Shown piece after piece: positions 37,564-46,252 of a stretch of 64,000 nt of DNA (position 1 is the first letter of the stretch; every line of letters starts with the position of its first letter). The stretch spans positions 14,594 to 78,593 of the forward strand of contig JALSTM010000042.1 of assembly GCA_026983715.1 (NCBI GenBank), written 5' to 3'. The DNA is from Desulfobacterales bacterium. GTDB lineage: Bacteria; Desulfobacterota; Syntrophobacteria; B119-G9. The position numbers were made by a program, and so were the translations under genes. The notes below the pieces were generated by a model. It did no database searches and had not been told where the DNA came from. It saw only the letters and a list, made by a program, of their open reading frames with translations.

Positions 37564-39303
37564 ATGCGCCCCATAAGGATCGCCCTTGCACAACTAAACA
37601 TGGTGCTGGCGAACTTTGAGACAAACAGGGAAAAGATACTAAGTGCAATCAAGGAGGCAAGCGAGAAGGATGCAGATATCATAGCCTTCCCGGAACTTGC
37701 CATCTGTGGATATCCCCCCGAAGACCTTCTTTTGCAGTTGGAATTCTCTGAGAAGTCCATGAGGACTCTTCGGGAAATAGCTGAACAATCATCCGATCTT
37801 CCCATCATCATACTGCTGGGATACCCGGAACGAAAAGACGACACTTATAATAGTTGTGCATTAATCTTCAAAGGAGAAATCTACCATTCTTACCAGAAGA
37901 TATTTCTCCCGAATTACGGGGTCTTCGACGAAAAACGATACTTTTCGCCTGGTTCTCTTATCCCGGTGTACGAAACAGAGGATTACAAGTTTGGTGTTGG
38001 CATCTGCGAAGATATCTGGCAACCAGAGGGCCCGATTATCGTACAGGCTTTTGCCGGCGATTGTGAACTTGTGATAAACATAAACGCTTCACCTTATCAC
38101 AGGGGGAAACGCGAGTACAGGGAAAAAATGGTCGCAACGCGCGCAGCGGACAACTGCTTGCCCGTGGCATTTTTAAACCTCGTGGGAGGCCAGGATGAGC
38201 TTGTCTTCGACGGGCAATCTTTTGTATGTAGCCCCGAAGGAGAGATACTTGCAAGAGCGGGAGCCTTTTCAGAAGAAATCCTGTACGTTGACCTTGACCT
38301 TGATGAAGTAATGCGATGCAGGCTACAGGACCCAAGGCGTAGGGATTTCAAGTATCGTCGTCTGGAGAATTGTTACAATAACGTACACACGGTCAGGATT
38401 CCGGCCAGGTTGAGGAAGAAAGAATCAGCGATTGACTCCAGGCTTGTCTCTCCCCTTGAAGACGAAAACGAGGTTTGGGAAGCCCTTGTTTGCGGAGTTC
38501 GCGATTACGTGGAAAAAAACGGGTTTAAATCGGTAGTCATTGGATTATCCGGTGGAATCGATTCTGCGCTGGTGGCCACTATTGCTACCGATGCCCTTGG
38601 ACCAGACAGGGTACACACCGTGTTTCTGCCGTCCCGATTTACTTCTGATGAGAGCTACCGGGATGCGAAGAAGCTTGCAGAAAACCTAGGAGTTCACTTC
38701 ACTGTTATAGAAATTGAAAGGCTTTTTCATGCTTACCTGGAAGAACTTAAACCTCATTTTGCCGGGAAACCCTTTGATGTAACTGAAGAAAACCTTCAGG
38801 CCCGGATTCGGGGTAACATTCTCATGGCACTTTCGAACAAGTTCGGTCACCTTGTTCTTTCCACCGGAAACAAGAGCGAAATGAGCGTGGGGTATGCAAC
38901 TCTCTACGGGGACATGGTGGGTGGCTTTGCCGTTTTAAAGGATGTACCCAAGACCCTAGTGTGGGCACTAGCAAGATGGAGAAACAGGAAAGCATCCCGG
39001 GAGTTAATTCCTAACGAGATTATTACTCGTCCTCCCACGGCTGAACTTCGCGAAAATCAGAAAGATACAGATACGCTACCACCGTATGAAATTCTGGATC
39101 AGATTTTATCCCTTTACATAGAAAAGGAGGAATCGGTAGAGGAAGTGGCCGCAAGGACCGGGTTCGACAGGGAACTGGTGGCGAAAGTTGCCCGAATGGT
39201 GGACAGGGCGGAATATAAAAGACGTCAGGCTCCACCCGGAATCAAAATCACTCATAGAGCATTCGGAAAAGAACGAAGAATGCCAATCACTAGAGGCCAG
39301 TGA
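37564..39303 (+). CDS. nadE: glutamine-dependent NAD+ synthetase
   Basis: 579 aa. An N-terminal CN-hydrolase (nitrilase) domain (IALAQLNMVLANFETN…AFPELAICGY) is followed by a C-terminal NAD synthetase domain with the PP-loop VVIGLSGGIDSALV. Confidence 0.93.
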   Translation: MRPIRIALAQLNMVLANFETNREKILSAIKEASEKDADIIAFPELAICGYPPEDLLLQLEFSEKSMRTLREIAEQSSDLPIIILLGYPERKDDTYNSCALIFKGEIYHSYQKIFLPNYGVFDEKRYFSPGSLIPVYETEDYKFGVGICEDIWQPEGPIIVQAFAGDCELVININASPYHRGKREYREKMVATRAADNCLPVAFLNLVGGQDELVFDGQSFVCSPEGEILARAGAFSEEILYVDLDLDEVMRCRLQDPRRRDFKYRRLENCYNNVHTVRIPARLRKKESAIDSRLVSPLEDENEVWEALVCGVRDYVEKNGFKSVVIGLSGGIDSALVATIATDALGPDRVHTVFLPSRFTSDESYRDAKKLAENLGVHFTVIEIERLFHAYLEELKPHFAGKPFDVTEENLQARIRGNILMALSNKFGHLVLSTGNKSEMSVGYATLYGDMVGGFAVLKDVPKTLVWALARWRNRKASRELIPNEIITRPPTAELRENQKDTDTLPPYEILDQILSLYIEKEESVEEVAARTGFDRELVAKVARMVDRAEYKRRQAPPGIKITHRAFGKERRMPITRGQ

Positions 39304-39312
39304 TCGCGAGAC

Positions 39313-40629
39313 ATGGAACCGGCCATACTGTTCTATAATCTTTTGATCTCACCACTAACCTTGCTTTCCACACCTCTCAGGTTTCTTTTTAAAAAAGAAA
39401 TATCCCGGAGTAGTACTCTCTCGTACTGGCCATCCAGGCTCGGGGTCTACCCGGAACATTTTGTTGGCAAGTTACGGACCTCAAAGCACCCCGTAATTTG
39501 GATTCAAGCAGTATCTGTGGGAGAAGTTGGAGTTGCAAGACTCTTAATCAAGGAGCTTGAAAAACTACTTCCTCAGTCGACCATAATACTCACGGTTACC
39601 ACCCCTCATGGTCTTTCCGTGGCTTCGTCGCAGGTACCAGACTCGGCCATTATACTTCCATTCCCCCTGGATCTACCAACCGTAGTTTCAGAAGCTTTAA
39701 GCGTGATACGTCCAGATATATACATAAGCATTGAAACGGAAATCTGGCCAAATTTAATTTCTTACCTCCACAGACTAAAGATTCCAGTAATTCTATTAAA
39801 TGGTAGAATTTCATCCAAATCTTTCGGTAGCTACAGGGCAACTCGGTGGCTGTGGAAACCAGTATTGAAAAAGTTTACCCACGTATCCGTGATTACAAGT
39901 AAACACGCGGATAGAATCATTTACCTCGGGGCGGATCCCAGCCGAGTTTCCGTATCAGGAAACATCAAACTCGCTCAAATAACGGACAACGTGGATGAAA
40001 AGAAACCGGAAAGATGGAGAAAAGTTCTCAAACTATCGGACAAAACCCCTGTGGTCGTTTTTGGCAGCCTAAGAGGTGCTGAAAATGCCTGGATACCCGG
40101 GATTTTTACCAGACTTAAAGAAAAGAACCCCGAGGTTATCGGAATTTTCGCCCCCAGGCATCTCAAGAGAATACCAGAGCTTGAAAAAAGTCTACAGCAA
40201 AATGGGATAAAATTCCAGAGCCTCTCATCAATCTTAGATTCAGGAGAAGAACGCACCACGCCGGCAATTGTCGTGGATGTTATAGGTGAACTGGCCAGCC
40301 TCTACAGCATAGCGACTGTTACTTTCTGCGGCGGCAGCCTCGTTGCTGTGGGAGGTCATAACATCCTTGAACCAGTTTCATGGGGAAAACCAGTATTTTA
40401 CGGTAGACACATGGATAATTTCTCCGACATAAAAGATACCGTGGAGGATCTCGGATTCGGTTACGAGGTAAAAGACAGAACCGAACTCTGCGAAAAACTC
40501 GGACACGCTCTATCTGACACGTCTTCTGAGACTTTCCAGAAGACAGAGTCAGGATCCAAAAATTTTGACTTTTATGCTCCCCTTAAAAACCAGGTCGAAA
40601 TTGTTCTGGATATTCTTACTCGAAAATAG
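39313..40629 (+). CDS. waaA: 3-deoxy-D-manno-octulosonic acid (Kdo) transferase
   Basis: 438 aa. A KdtA/WaaA N-terminal membrane anchor and the motifs IWIQAVSVGEVGVARLLIKEL and a GT30 C-domain are present. Confidence 0.88.
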   Translation: MEPAILFYNLLISPLTLLSTPLRFLFKKEISRSSTLSYWPSRLGVYPEHFVGKLRTSKHPVIWIQAVSVGEVGVARLLIKELEKLLPQSTIILTVTTPHGLSVASSQVPDSAIILPFPLDLPTVVSEALSVIRPDIYISIETEIWPNLISYLHRLKIPVILLNGRISSKSFGSYRATRWLWKPVLKKFTHVSVITSKHADRIIYLGADPSRVSVSGNIKLAQITDNVDEKKPERWRKVLKLSDKTPVVVFGSLRGAENAWIPGIFTRLKEKNPEVIGIFAPRHLKRIPELEKSLQQNGIKFQSLSSILDSGEERTTPAIVVDVIGELASLYSIATVTFCGGSLVAVGGHNILEPVSWGKPVFYGRHMDNFSDIKDTVEDLGFGYEVKDRTELCEKLGHALSDTSSETFQKTESGSKNFDFYAPLKNQVEIVLDILTRK

Positions 40630-40912
40630 CATCGAGGATTTTTTTCCAGAGTTCAGGTTCAATACCAACGGGCGGCATTTTTTTCTTGAAGATAGCCTTG
40701 GAAAGTTCCAGGTCATCCATGGAGAGAAGTTTTTCCACAGATATCAGTTCATTGTAGCTAAAAGCATCAAGATGTCTATCCAGGAACTTGTTTAAAACCA
40801 TCTCTAGTTCCAGGCTCGAACGTCGGGCCGCATGAAAACGAATCTTTTTTTTAATTTTCTCAGCATCCTTTGCCATATTGATTTTAAGCCCACGACCGAA
40901 ACCGTGGGCCAT
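40616..40912 (-). CDS. SdhE/YgfY-like flavinylation-factor family protein
   Basis: The motifs RFHAARRSSLELEMVLNKFLDRHLDAFSYNELISVEKLLSMDDLEL fit the SdhE R-x-x-W…RRG…E-x-D pattern. The true start may be the internal MAKDAEK at 40876. Confidence 0.55.
   Translation of the reverse strand: MAHGFGRGLKINMAKDAEKIKKKIRFHAARRSSLELEMVLNKFLDRHLDAFSYNELISVEKLLSMDDLELSKAIFKKKMPPVGIEPELWKKILDAIFE
40888..40909. repeat. family-A-like hairpin (degenerate)
   Basis: gcccacgaccgaaaccgtgggc has a GCCCACG / CGTGGGC stem with an 8-nt loop, followed about 40 nt later by a second palindrome ggttccgtaacgaacc. Confidence 0.4.
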
Positions 40913-40976
40913 ATATCATTTCCACTCTATCTTCGCTTTTGACCGGAAAATCATTCGGTTCCGTAACGAACCAATA

Positions 40977-42017
40977 TCAGTCACCATCAAACATTCTTCC
41001 TAGACCACCAAGAACATTTAGAACTGAGCCTTCGCCCTTGTCATGGCCACCAAGTTGGGGAGCCGCAGAATAGATTCGATCGGCCAGTCGACTGAAAGGC
41101 AGCGATTGCAACCATATTCGGCCAGGGCCTCTCAACACGGCAAAAGTAATTCCTTCACCACCGAATAAAGCAGTCTTTACGCTTCCGACAAATGAAATAT
41201 CAAAATCTACCGTTGGCTGAAAGGCCACAATACAGCCCGTATCAATTCTCAGAGTTTCACCTGGTTGCAGATCCTTGGATACGATGGTGCCCCCGGCATG
41301 GACGAAGGCCATTCCGTCGCCTTCGAGTTTTTCCATGATAAAACCTTCACCACCAAACAAGCCAACCCCTATTCTCTTTTGGAAAAATATCCCAATGGAT
41401 ACTCCCTTTGCGGCACACAGAAATGCATCTTTCTGGCAGATCAGTGTATTTCCTATCTCTTTCAAGTCAACGGGTATAATCTTGCCCGGGTACGGAGCAC
41501 CAAATGCAACCCTTCTCTTGCCGGAGCCCATGTTTGTAAAAAGCGTCATGAAGAGACTCTCACCGGTAATTAGTCTCTTACCTGCCCCGAGCATCTTATC
41601 TAAGAAGCCCTGGGTTTTGGTAGAAGGACTACCGTCACCGAAAATAGTTTCCATTTCAATACCATCTTCCATGTACATCATTGCTCCGGCTTCCGCCACG
41701 GCACTTTCTCCCGGGTCGAGTTCAACTTCCACGAACTGCATTTCTTCCCCGAAAATCTCGAAATCTATCTCATGAGCGATTTGTCCTTTACCAGGAAAGG
41801 GCGGAACCGGGGGAACAACGGAAGGGTCAGCAGAAGTGAAATAGCTTCTGAACTCCTCCACCTGCCCGGCAGGTGTCCAACCAGACATACCTTGGGTGAA
41901 AAGTAGCGTTTCTGGCGTAACACTGCCATTTCTTATCTGGTTTATTATGTCTTCCTTTCCAAGAGGCCCAACATGCTGATTTCCCTGGGCAATATACCAC
42001 ATCTTGGCATCATTCAT
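40977..42017 (-). CDS. AIM24/TIGR00266-family protein with N-terminal DUF4339 (GYF-like) domain
   Basis: 346 aa. The N-terminus ([51 protein letters not shown]) is GYF-like. The C-terminus has glycine-rich strand repeats ([48 protein letters not shown]) typical of the AIM24 family. Confidence 0.65.
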   Translation of the reverse strand: MNDAKMWYIAQGNQHVGPLGKEDIINQIRNGSVTPETLLFTQGMSGWTPAGQVEEFRSYFTSADPSVVPPVPPFPGKGQIAHEIDFEIFGEEMQFVEVELDPGESAVAEAGAMMYMEDGIEMETIFGDGSPSTKTQGFLDKMLGAGKRLITGESLFMTLFTNMGSGKRRVAFGAPYPGKIIPVDLKEIGNTLICQKDAFLCAAKGVSIGIFFQKRIGVGLFGGEGFIMEKLEGDGMAFVHAGGTIVSKDLQPGETLRIDTGCIVAFQPTVDFDISFVGSVKTALFGGEGITFAVLRGPGRIWLQSLPFSRLADRIYSAAPQLGGHDKGEGSVLNVLGGLGRMFDGD

Positions 42018-42093
42018 GATTTTCCTCCTTGCAGAAAAGCTAGTTCAATCCGTTTTACACCCTGCAAACTTTACCTTCAATTACGAGTCAATA

Positions 42094-43104
42094 TTAGCCG
42101 TAGTCCCAGAAAAGTTTCAAGCGAATCTTCTTAAATTCCTTGGTACTAAAAAGCACCCTGTAATCTTTTAGAGATGGCAGGCTTGTCAGACGCGCCGCAA
42201 TTTTCAAGCATTCATCCCTAGTCCTGCCATGCACCATGGCGTATAAGTTATATGGCCAGTCGGGATGGGCTGGCCTATGATAACAGTGCGTCACTTCGGG
42301 TTGTCGAGCAAGGTATTCACCAAGTGAGTCGAGTTCCTCTTTGTCACAGTGCCACACGATCATTCCATTGGCCGTAAATCCGGCCCGTCGATGGTCAAGT
42401 ACTGCAGCAAAACGTCGGATTATCCCCTTCTTATCCATGGATATTAGCCATTGCAGCAAAAAATCTTCCGTAACACCCAAATTGTTTGCCCACACGGAAA
42501 ATGGTCTCGGATCAAGCGGTAAATCTTCCTGAACACAGCGAACGATTCGTATGTTTTCTTCCGTGGGCTCAAATTTACCTCTGGCATCTATCCTGGGATA
42601 TTCATCTTCGTCCTCGTCAAGGTCGCTTACCTCACCAATAACATCAAGAACCATTGCCAACTTATACTTTTTTACAGCCGGAAGAATAATGGTCGGATGT
42701 GAACCGGCCTTTTTTCGAAGCTTCTCCACAACACCTTCAAGAGATTCGTAAGGTGGAACAGCTATCGTGAACCAGAGGTTGTATGAGCCAGGTCTCAGGT
42801 AATTGTGGCTGACCCCGGGATATTCGTTAATTACCTTCGCAACTTCCTCCACATCGCTCGAAGGAACCTTCATGGCCACTAGGCTAGTCTTGTAACCAAG
42901 GGCAGACGTGTTAAAAATGGCACTAATTTGCCGGATTATGTGATTTCGCTTTAGTCCATCTATATGGTTAATTATTTCAGCTTCAGATACACCAATGATA
43001 TCGCCTAGTTTCTTGTAAGGACGAACTTCAAGAGGAAACCTGCGCTGCACCAGGTCAAGCACCCTCTTCTGCTCATCGGTAAATGAAATTTCTTCTCTAC
43101 TCAT
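42094..43104 (-). CDS. fused siroheme decarboxylase AhbA/AhbB (NirD/NirL-like), alternative heme or heme d1 pathway
   Basis: 336 aa. Two Lrp/AsnC-like half-proteins are fused: an N-terminal HTH (LDLVQRRFPLEVRPYKKLGDIIGVSEAEII) with a RAM-like domain, repeated at IVRCVQEDLPLDPRPFSVWANNLGVTEDFLLQWL. Confidence 0.7.
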   Translation of the reverse strand: MSREEISFTDEQKRVLDLVQRRFPLEVRPYKKLGDIIGVSEAEIINHIDGLKRNHIIRQISAIFNTSALGYKTSLVAMKVPSSDVEEVAKVINEYPGVSHNYLRPGSYNLWFTIAVPPYESLEGVVEKLRKKAGSHPTIILPAVKKYKLAMVLDVIGEVSDLDEDEDEYPRIDARGKFEPTEENIRIVRCVQEDLPLDPRPFSVWANNLGVTEDFLLQWLISMDKKGIIRRFAAVLDHRRAGFTANGMIVWHCDKEELDSLGEYLARQPEVTHCYHRPAHPDWPYNLYAMVHGRTRDECLKIAARLTSLPSLKDYRVLFSTKEFKKIRLKLFWDYG

Positions 43105-43210
43105 GAGTGATAAACAATTTTTCTTTTTTGTTTTTATTCAATATGTATTTATAGTATTTAGCTCAACAAGTTGCAAGCAGGAAGAATTTAGCTTTGAGAG
43201 CCCTAGGGAA

Positions 43211-43414
43211 ATGAAGTTTAGAGAAAAGAGGAAAGAGCATCTATGCTGCTGTTGCGGGAAGGAAGTAACGTTTTGCTGGACGTGTCCGTGTGGTTTTAGG
43301 ATTTGTTATCAATGCATGAACGAAATCATGTGGGGAATGACCTGTAACAGGGTCATGTGGCAGTGTCCGGATTGTGGCGCCATCCGGCCCTTTTACCAAG
43401 ATACTGATTATTAA
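43211..43414 (+). CDS. small 12-cysteine zinc-ribbon-like protein (hypothetical)
   Basis: 67 aa from the ATG at 43211 (MKFREKRKEHLCCCCGKEVTFCWTCPCGFRICYQCMNEIMWGMTCNRVMWQCPDCGAIRPFYQDTDY), with an AGGGAA ribosome-binding site upstream. It is followed 4 nt later by the next gene. Confidence 0.5.
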   Translation: MKFREKRKEHLCCCCGKEVTFCWTCPCGFRICYQCMNEIMWGMTCNRVMWQCPDCGAIRPFYQDTDY

Positions 43415-43418
43415 TACC

Positions 43419-44714
43419 ATGCAAAGAAAAATAGCCATACTTTGGGACGAATCGTTTCTGTGGGGATTGATAGCTTACCTGGCCTTCAAATCGGCTCATA
43501 TCCCTTTTGAACTCATCAGTACCGAAGATGTTTTGAACGGAACCCTTGAAAATTTTGATATTCTCATGGTTCCCGGCGGATGGGCAACCCAAAAAGGAAG
43601 AAAGCTGGGAAAGACCGGGAAAGAAGAAATAAGAGAATTTATTAAATGCGGTGGCGGTTTCCTAGGGTTCTGCGGGGGAGCAGGGTTAGCCCTTGATGTT
43701 CCAGACGGGCTTGCCCTGCTCCCCGTGAGGAGAAAAAAAGCCGAGAGGAGACTCATCAACTTCAGTGGCGGTGTCTTTTTGCAGCCAACACAGCCTTATC
43801 ACCATATGTGGAAAGGAATAAACCCTCCATACGAGTTCTTTGTTTGGTGGCCTTCCCAATTTGAAATAGAAGACACCACCGCCGTGAGGATTCTAGCCAG
43901 CTATCAGAGCGCCGGAACTGATTTCAGGGTCTCGGACCTGAACGTGGAAGACATAGAGTGCTGGGGAGGGAAATGGGAAAGATGGGAAAGTATTTATGGA
44001 ATAACCCTTAATCCCAAGGTTCTCTGGGGGGAACCTTCCATAATCGAGGGAAGTTTCGGAAAAGGGAAGGTGATATTATCATATGTTCATCTAGATACTC
44101 CTATGCATATGAGGTCGCAGTTAGCTCTCAAGAACACCTGTGAATACCTGTTTGATTCTTGTCCGGAGAAAATAAGAGACACAAAATCCAGTTTATCATG
44201 TTATGAAATGGGGGAAATTGTCCTCTTGGACGCAGAAATCATAGAATCGGCTTCCAGGATACGGAAGGCGGTTAACGGGTTCTACGAGTTTGGCTACAGG
44301 AATCTTCTCTGGAATTGGAGGAATCCCTGGCTGCTCCATTGGAAACGGGGACTAAGGGGGCTCGAATACACTACCCTGCTAGTAATGTCAAAGGAACTGA
44401 CTTCCCGAATATTGAAAGGGTCGAAGCAAAAAGTTACTGTACGTTGTAATGGGTGGAAGAAAAAATTTCTGCGTCTTGAGAGAGAAATTAAGTCTTTCTT
44501 TGAACAAGCAACAAACCTACTAGGTAAAGAACGGTTTGCCCTGGATAATTCCTTGGGACCTTTAGAAAAATTATCAAGTAACAGCTCCGGGATAAATAGA
44601 CTACGAAGTGAACTTTTTGGGCAGAAAATGTCCTTTGGGGGAAGGTATAGGAAATTAATAAAACTACTTGATGACCTCCTGTTTGCCATTCTTAGATGTG
44701 AAGATCATGGTTGA
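43419..44714 (+). CDS. BPL_N-domain (class I glutamine-amidotransferase-like) protein, function unknown
   Basis: 431 aa from MQRKIAILWDE. The N-terminal about 110 aa match the biotin-protein-ligase N-terminal (BPL_N) type fold: FDILMVPGGWATQ…EIREFIKCGGGFLGFCGGAGLA. The rest is uncharacterised. Its stop overlaps the next ATG by 8 nt. Confidence 0.6.
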   Translation: MQRKIAILWDESFLWGLIAYLAFKSAHIPFELISTEDVLNGTLENFDILMVPGGWATQKGRKLGKTGKEEIREFIKCGGGFLGFCGGAGLALDVPDGLALLPVRRKKAERRLINFSGGVFLQPTQPYHHMWKGINPPYEFFVWWPSQFEIEDTTAVRILASYQSAGTDFRVSDLNVEDIECWGGKWERWESIYGITLNPKVLWGEPSIIEGSFGKGKVILSYVHLDTPMHMRSQLALKNTCEYLFDSCPEKIRDTKSSLSCYEMGEIVLLDAEIIESASRIRKAVNGFYEFGYRNLLWNWRNPWLLHWKRGLRGLEYTTLLVMSKELTSRILKGSKQKVTVRCNGWKKKFLRLEREIKSFFEQATNLLGKERFALDNSLGPLEKLSSNSSGINRLRSELFGQKMSFGGRYRKLIKLLDDLLFAILRCEDHG

Positions 44715-46227
44715 CTCTTGCTTGCTTAACGGTGTTTCCAGGCTACTCGCCATCAAGGCAATTGAGATAAGTAAACAGAATGTGCCTTGGGACGAGTACT
44801 GCAAGATAATGTCTAGTTTTCTTGAAGAGCTTCGGCTTGAAAACGCTCCCAGCCAAAAGCCAGAAAAAGTAACACCGTCTCCCATAAAAAATGCCCGGAT
44901 GAAAAATATTTCTACTACGTTTCATGGTGATGACTTTTCAATACTTACTTGTACCTCTTTGGGACTTCCGCAGTGTTACGGAGGGTTTCCGCCATTATTT
45001 TTCGTTAGAGGTAACAGGGAAATCGTTGGTTATCCCACGGCCACGGTTCTTAATTCCAGGAAGCCACGCCTCGTTGATCCGAAGGACGAGTGGGTAAATG
45101 GAACCGTGTACCTATCAAGAAAATTTATAAAAGACAAATACTGCCTTGTGTCGAGTACCGGAACGAGCGGCTACGATATTCTTAGCTACATCGCATGGAA
45201 AGAAAAGTGCCCCTTGCTCATTATTCTGGATCAACCACTTCCTTTTTGGAGTTCGAATTCACTTTCTCAGGAATTTACCAAGAAATACGGTTGGCTAATG
45301 GAGCAAGAAAACATCCTTTTTCTTTCCCCATTCCCATCTAGCAAAATTCTACCACGTAAAAGAAGAATGGTAATAAGAGACAGGCTCGTTGTTTCCGTAG
45401 CACGAACCGTGGCGATTGCAGCAATTACCGATTCCGGCAATATGTACAAACTGGCGTCGGAAATATTTGAACACGAAAAAGTCGTCTGGGTTTTTAGACC
45501 ACGAAGTTTTAATCGATTGACCAGTGGGAATAAAAAAATCCTGAATAAATTCCAAGTAAGCCGGCCTGTCACACCTGAGAAGATACCCCCCAACAGATAT
45601 TCTGGCTCAGAGACTGATCATAAAAAATATGCGGATCCAGATAGAATAATTAGCAGATTTCCGGAAAACTACCTCACACATTTTACTAGACGATGCCCTG
45701 GTCCATGGCCAGGACAGAGTTACCCTGCTTATCTTGAGTCCCTCACAGCGGGGTTACCAGAAGCACATCACACGGCTTTTGAAACTCTGAGACACATTCT
45801 AAGGGAGGGCACGGTGAGGGCGGGTACCAAGATAATCAGGGGTAACGTACCCGTAGTTTCTTTGACCGAATGTACCCCGGACGAAATTATGAAGATTACC
45901 AAGTGGAATAGGGCGCTCATCAGGTGGACTTTTGAACCTTACGGAATAGCCTTTCCAAAAGATGCTGTCAGACAACTTGGTGCTCGGCCAGCAATATACG
46001 GTGATAACTTACGGTATTCTAAGATTCCCACCAAGGACCGTTATCTTTTTCAGCTTGACGAACCAGCCAAGCACAGGTGGAAACAAGAAAAAGAATGGCG
46101 GATAAGGGGTGATCTGCGCATCAGCTCATTTGAAACTGGCGACGTTTTAATAATCGTCAAAAAAGAAAAAGAAGCCCTGAAAATAATTAATGATTTCCCC
46201 TACAGGGTATACATCATGGGGAAATAG
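44707..46227 (+). CDS. DprA/Smf-family (SLOG Rossmann) protein with long uncharacterised C-terminal domain
   Basis: 506 aa from MVDSCLL. The DprA Rossmann core is clear: GGFPPLFFVRGNREIV…VNGTVYLSRKFIKDKYCLVSSTGTSGYDILSYIAWKEKCPLLIIL…RDRLVVSVARTVAIAAITDSGNMYKLASEIFEHEKVVWVF. A roughly 190-aa C-terminal extension (nt about 45658–46227) carries HFTRR…TLRHILREG…SLTECT…QEKEWRIRG. Confidence 0.7.
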   Translation: MVDSCLLNGVSRLLAIKAIEISKQNVPWDEYCKIMSSFLEELRLENAPSQKPEKVTPSPIKNARMKNISTTFHGDDFSILTCTSLGLPQCYGGFPPLFFVRGNREIVGYPTATVLNSRKPRLVDPKDEWVNGTVYLSRKFIKDKYCLVSSTGTSGYDILSYIAWKEKCPLLIILDQPLPFWSSNSLSQEFTKKYGWLMEQENILFLSPFPSSKILPRKRRMVIRDRLVVSVARTVAIAAITDSGNMYKLASEIFEHEKVVWVFRPRSFNRLTSGNKKILNKFQVSRPVTPEKIPPNRYSGSETDHKKYADPDRIISRFPENYLTHFTRRCPGPWPGQSYPAYLESLTAGLPEAHHTAFETLRHILREGTVRAGTKIIRGNVPVVSLTECTPDEIMKITKWNRALIRWTFEPYGIAFPKDAVRQLGARPAIYGDNLRYSKIPTKDRYLFQLDEPAKHRWKQEKEWRIRGDLRISSFETGDVLIIVKKEKEALKIINDFPYRVYIMGK

Positions 46228-46252
46228 AACACTTTTCTCCAGGACTTCTCGA

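Noticed and set aside
40565-40795. 76-aa plus-strand ORF overlapping the 3' end of waaA and antisense to the SdhE-like gene
   Set aside because: It overlaps two better-supported genes and has no recognisable features. It is a shadow ORF.
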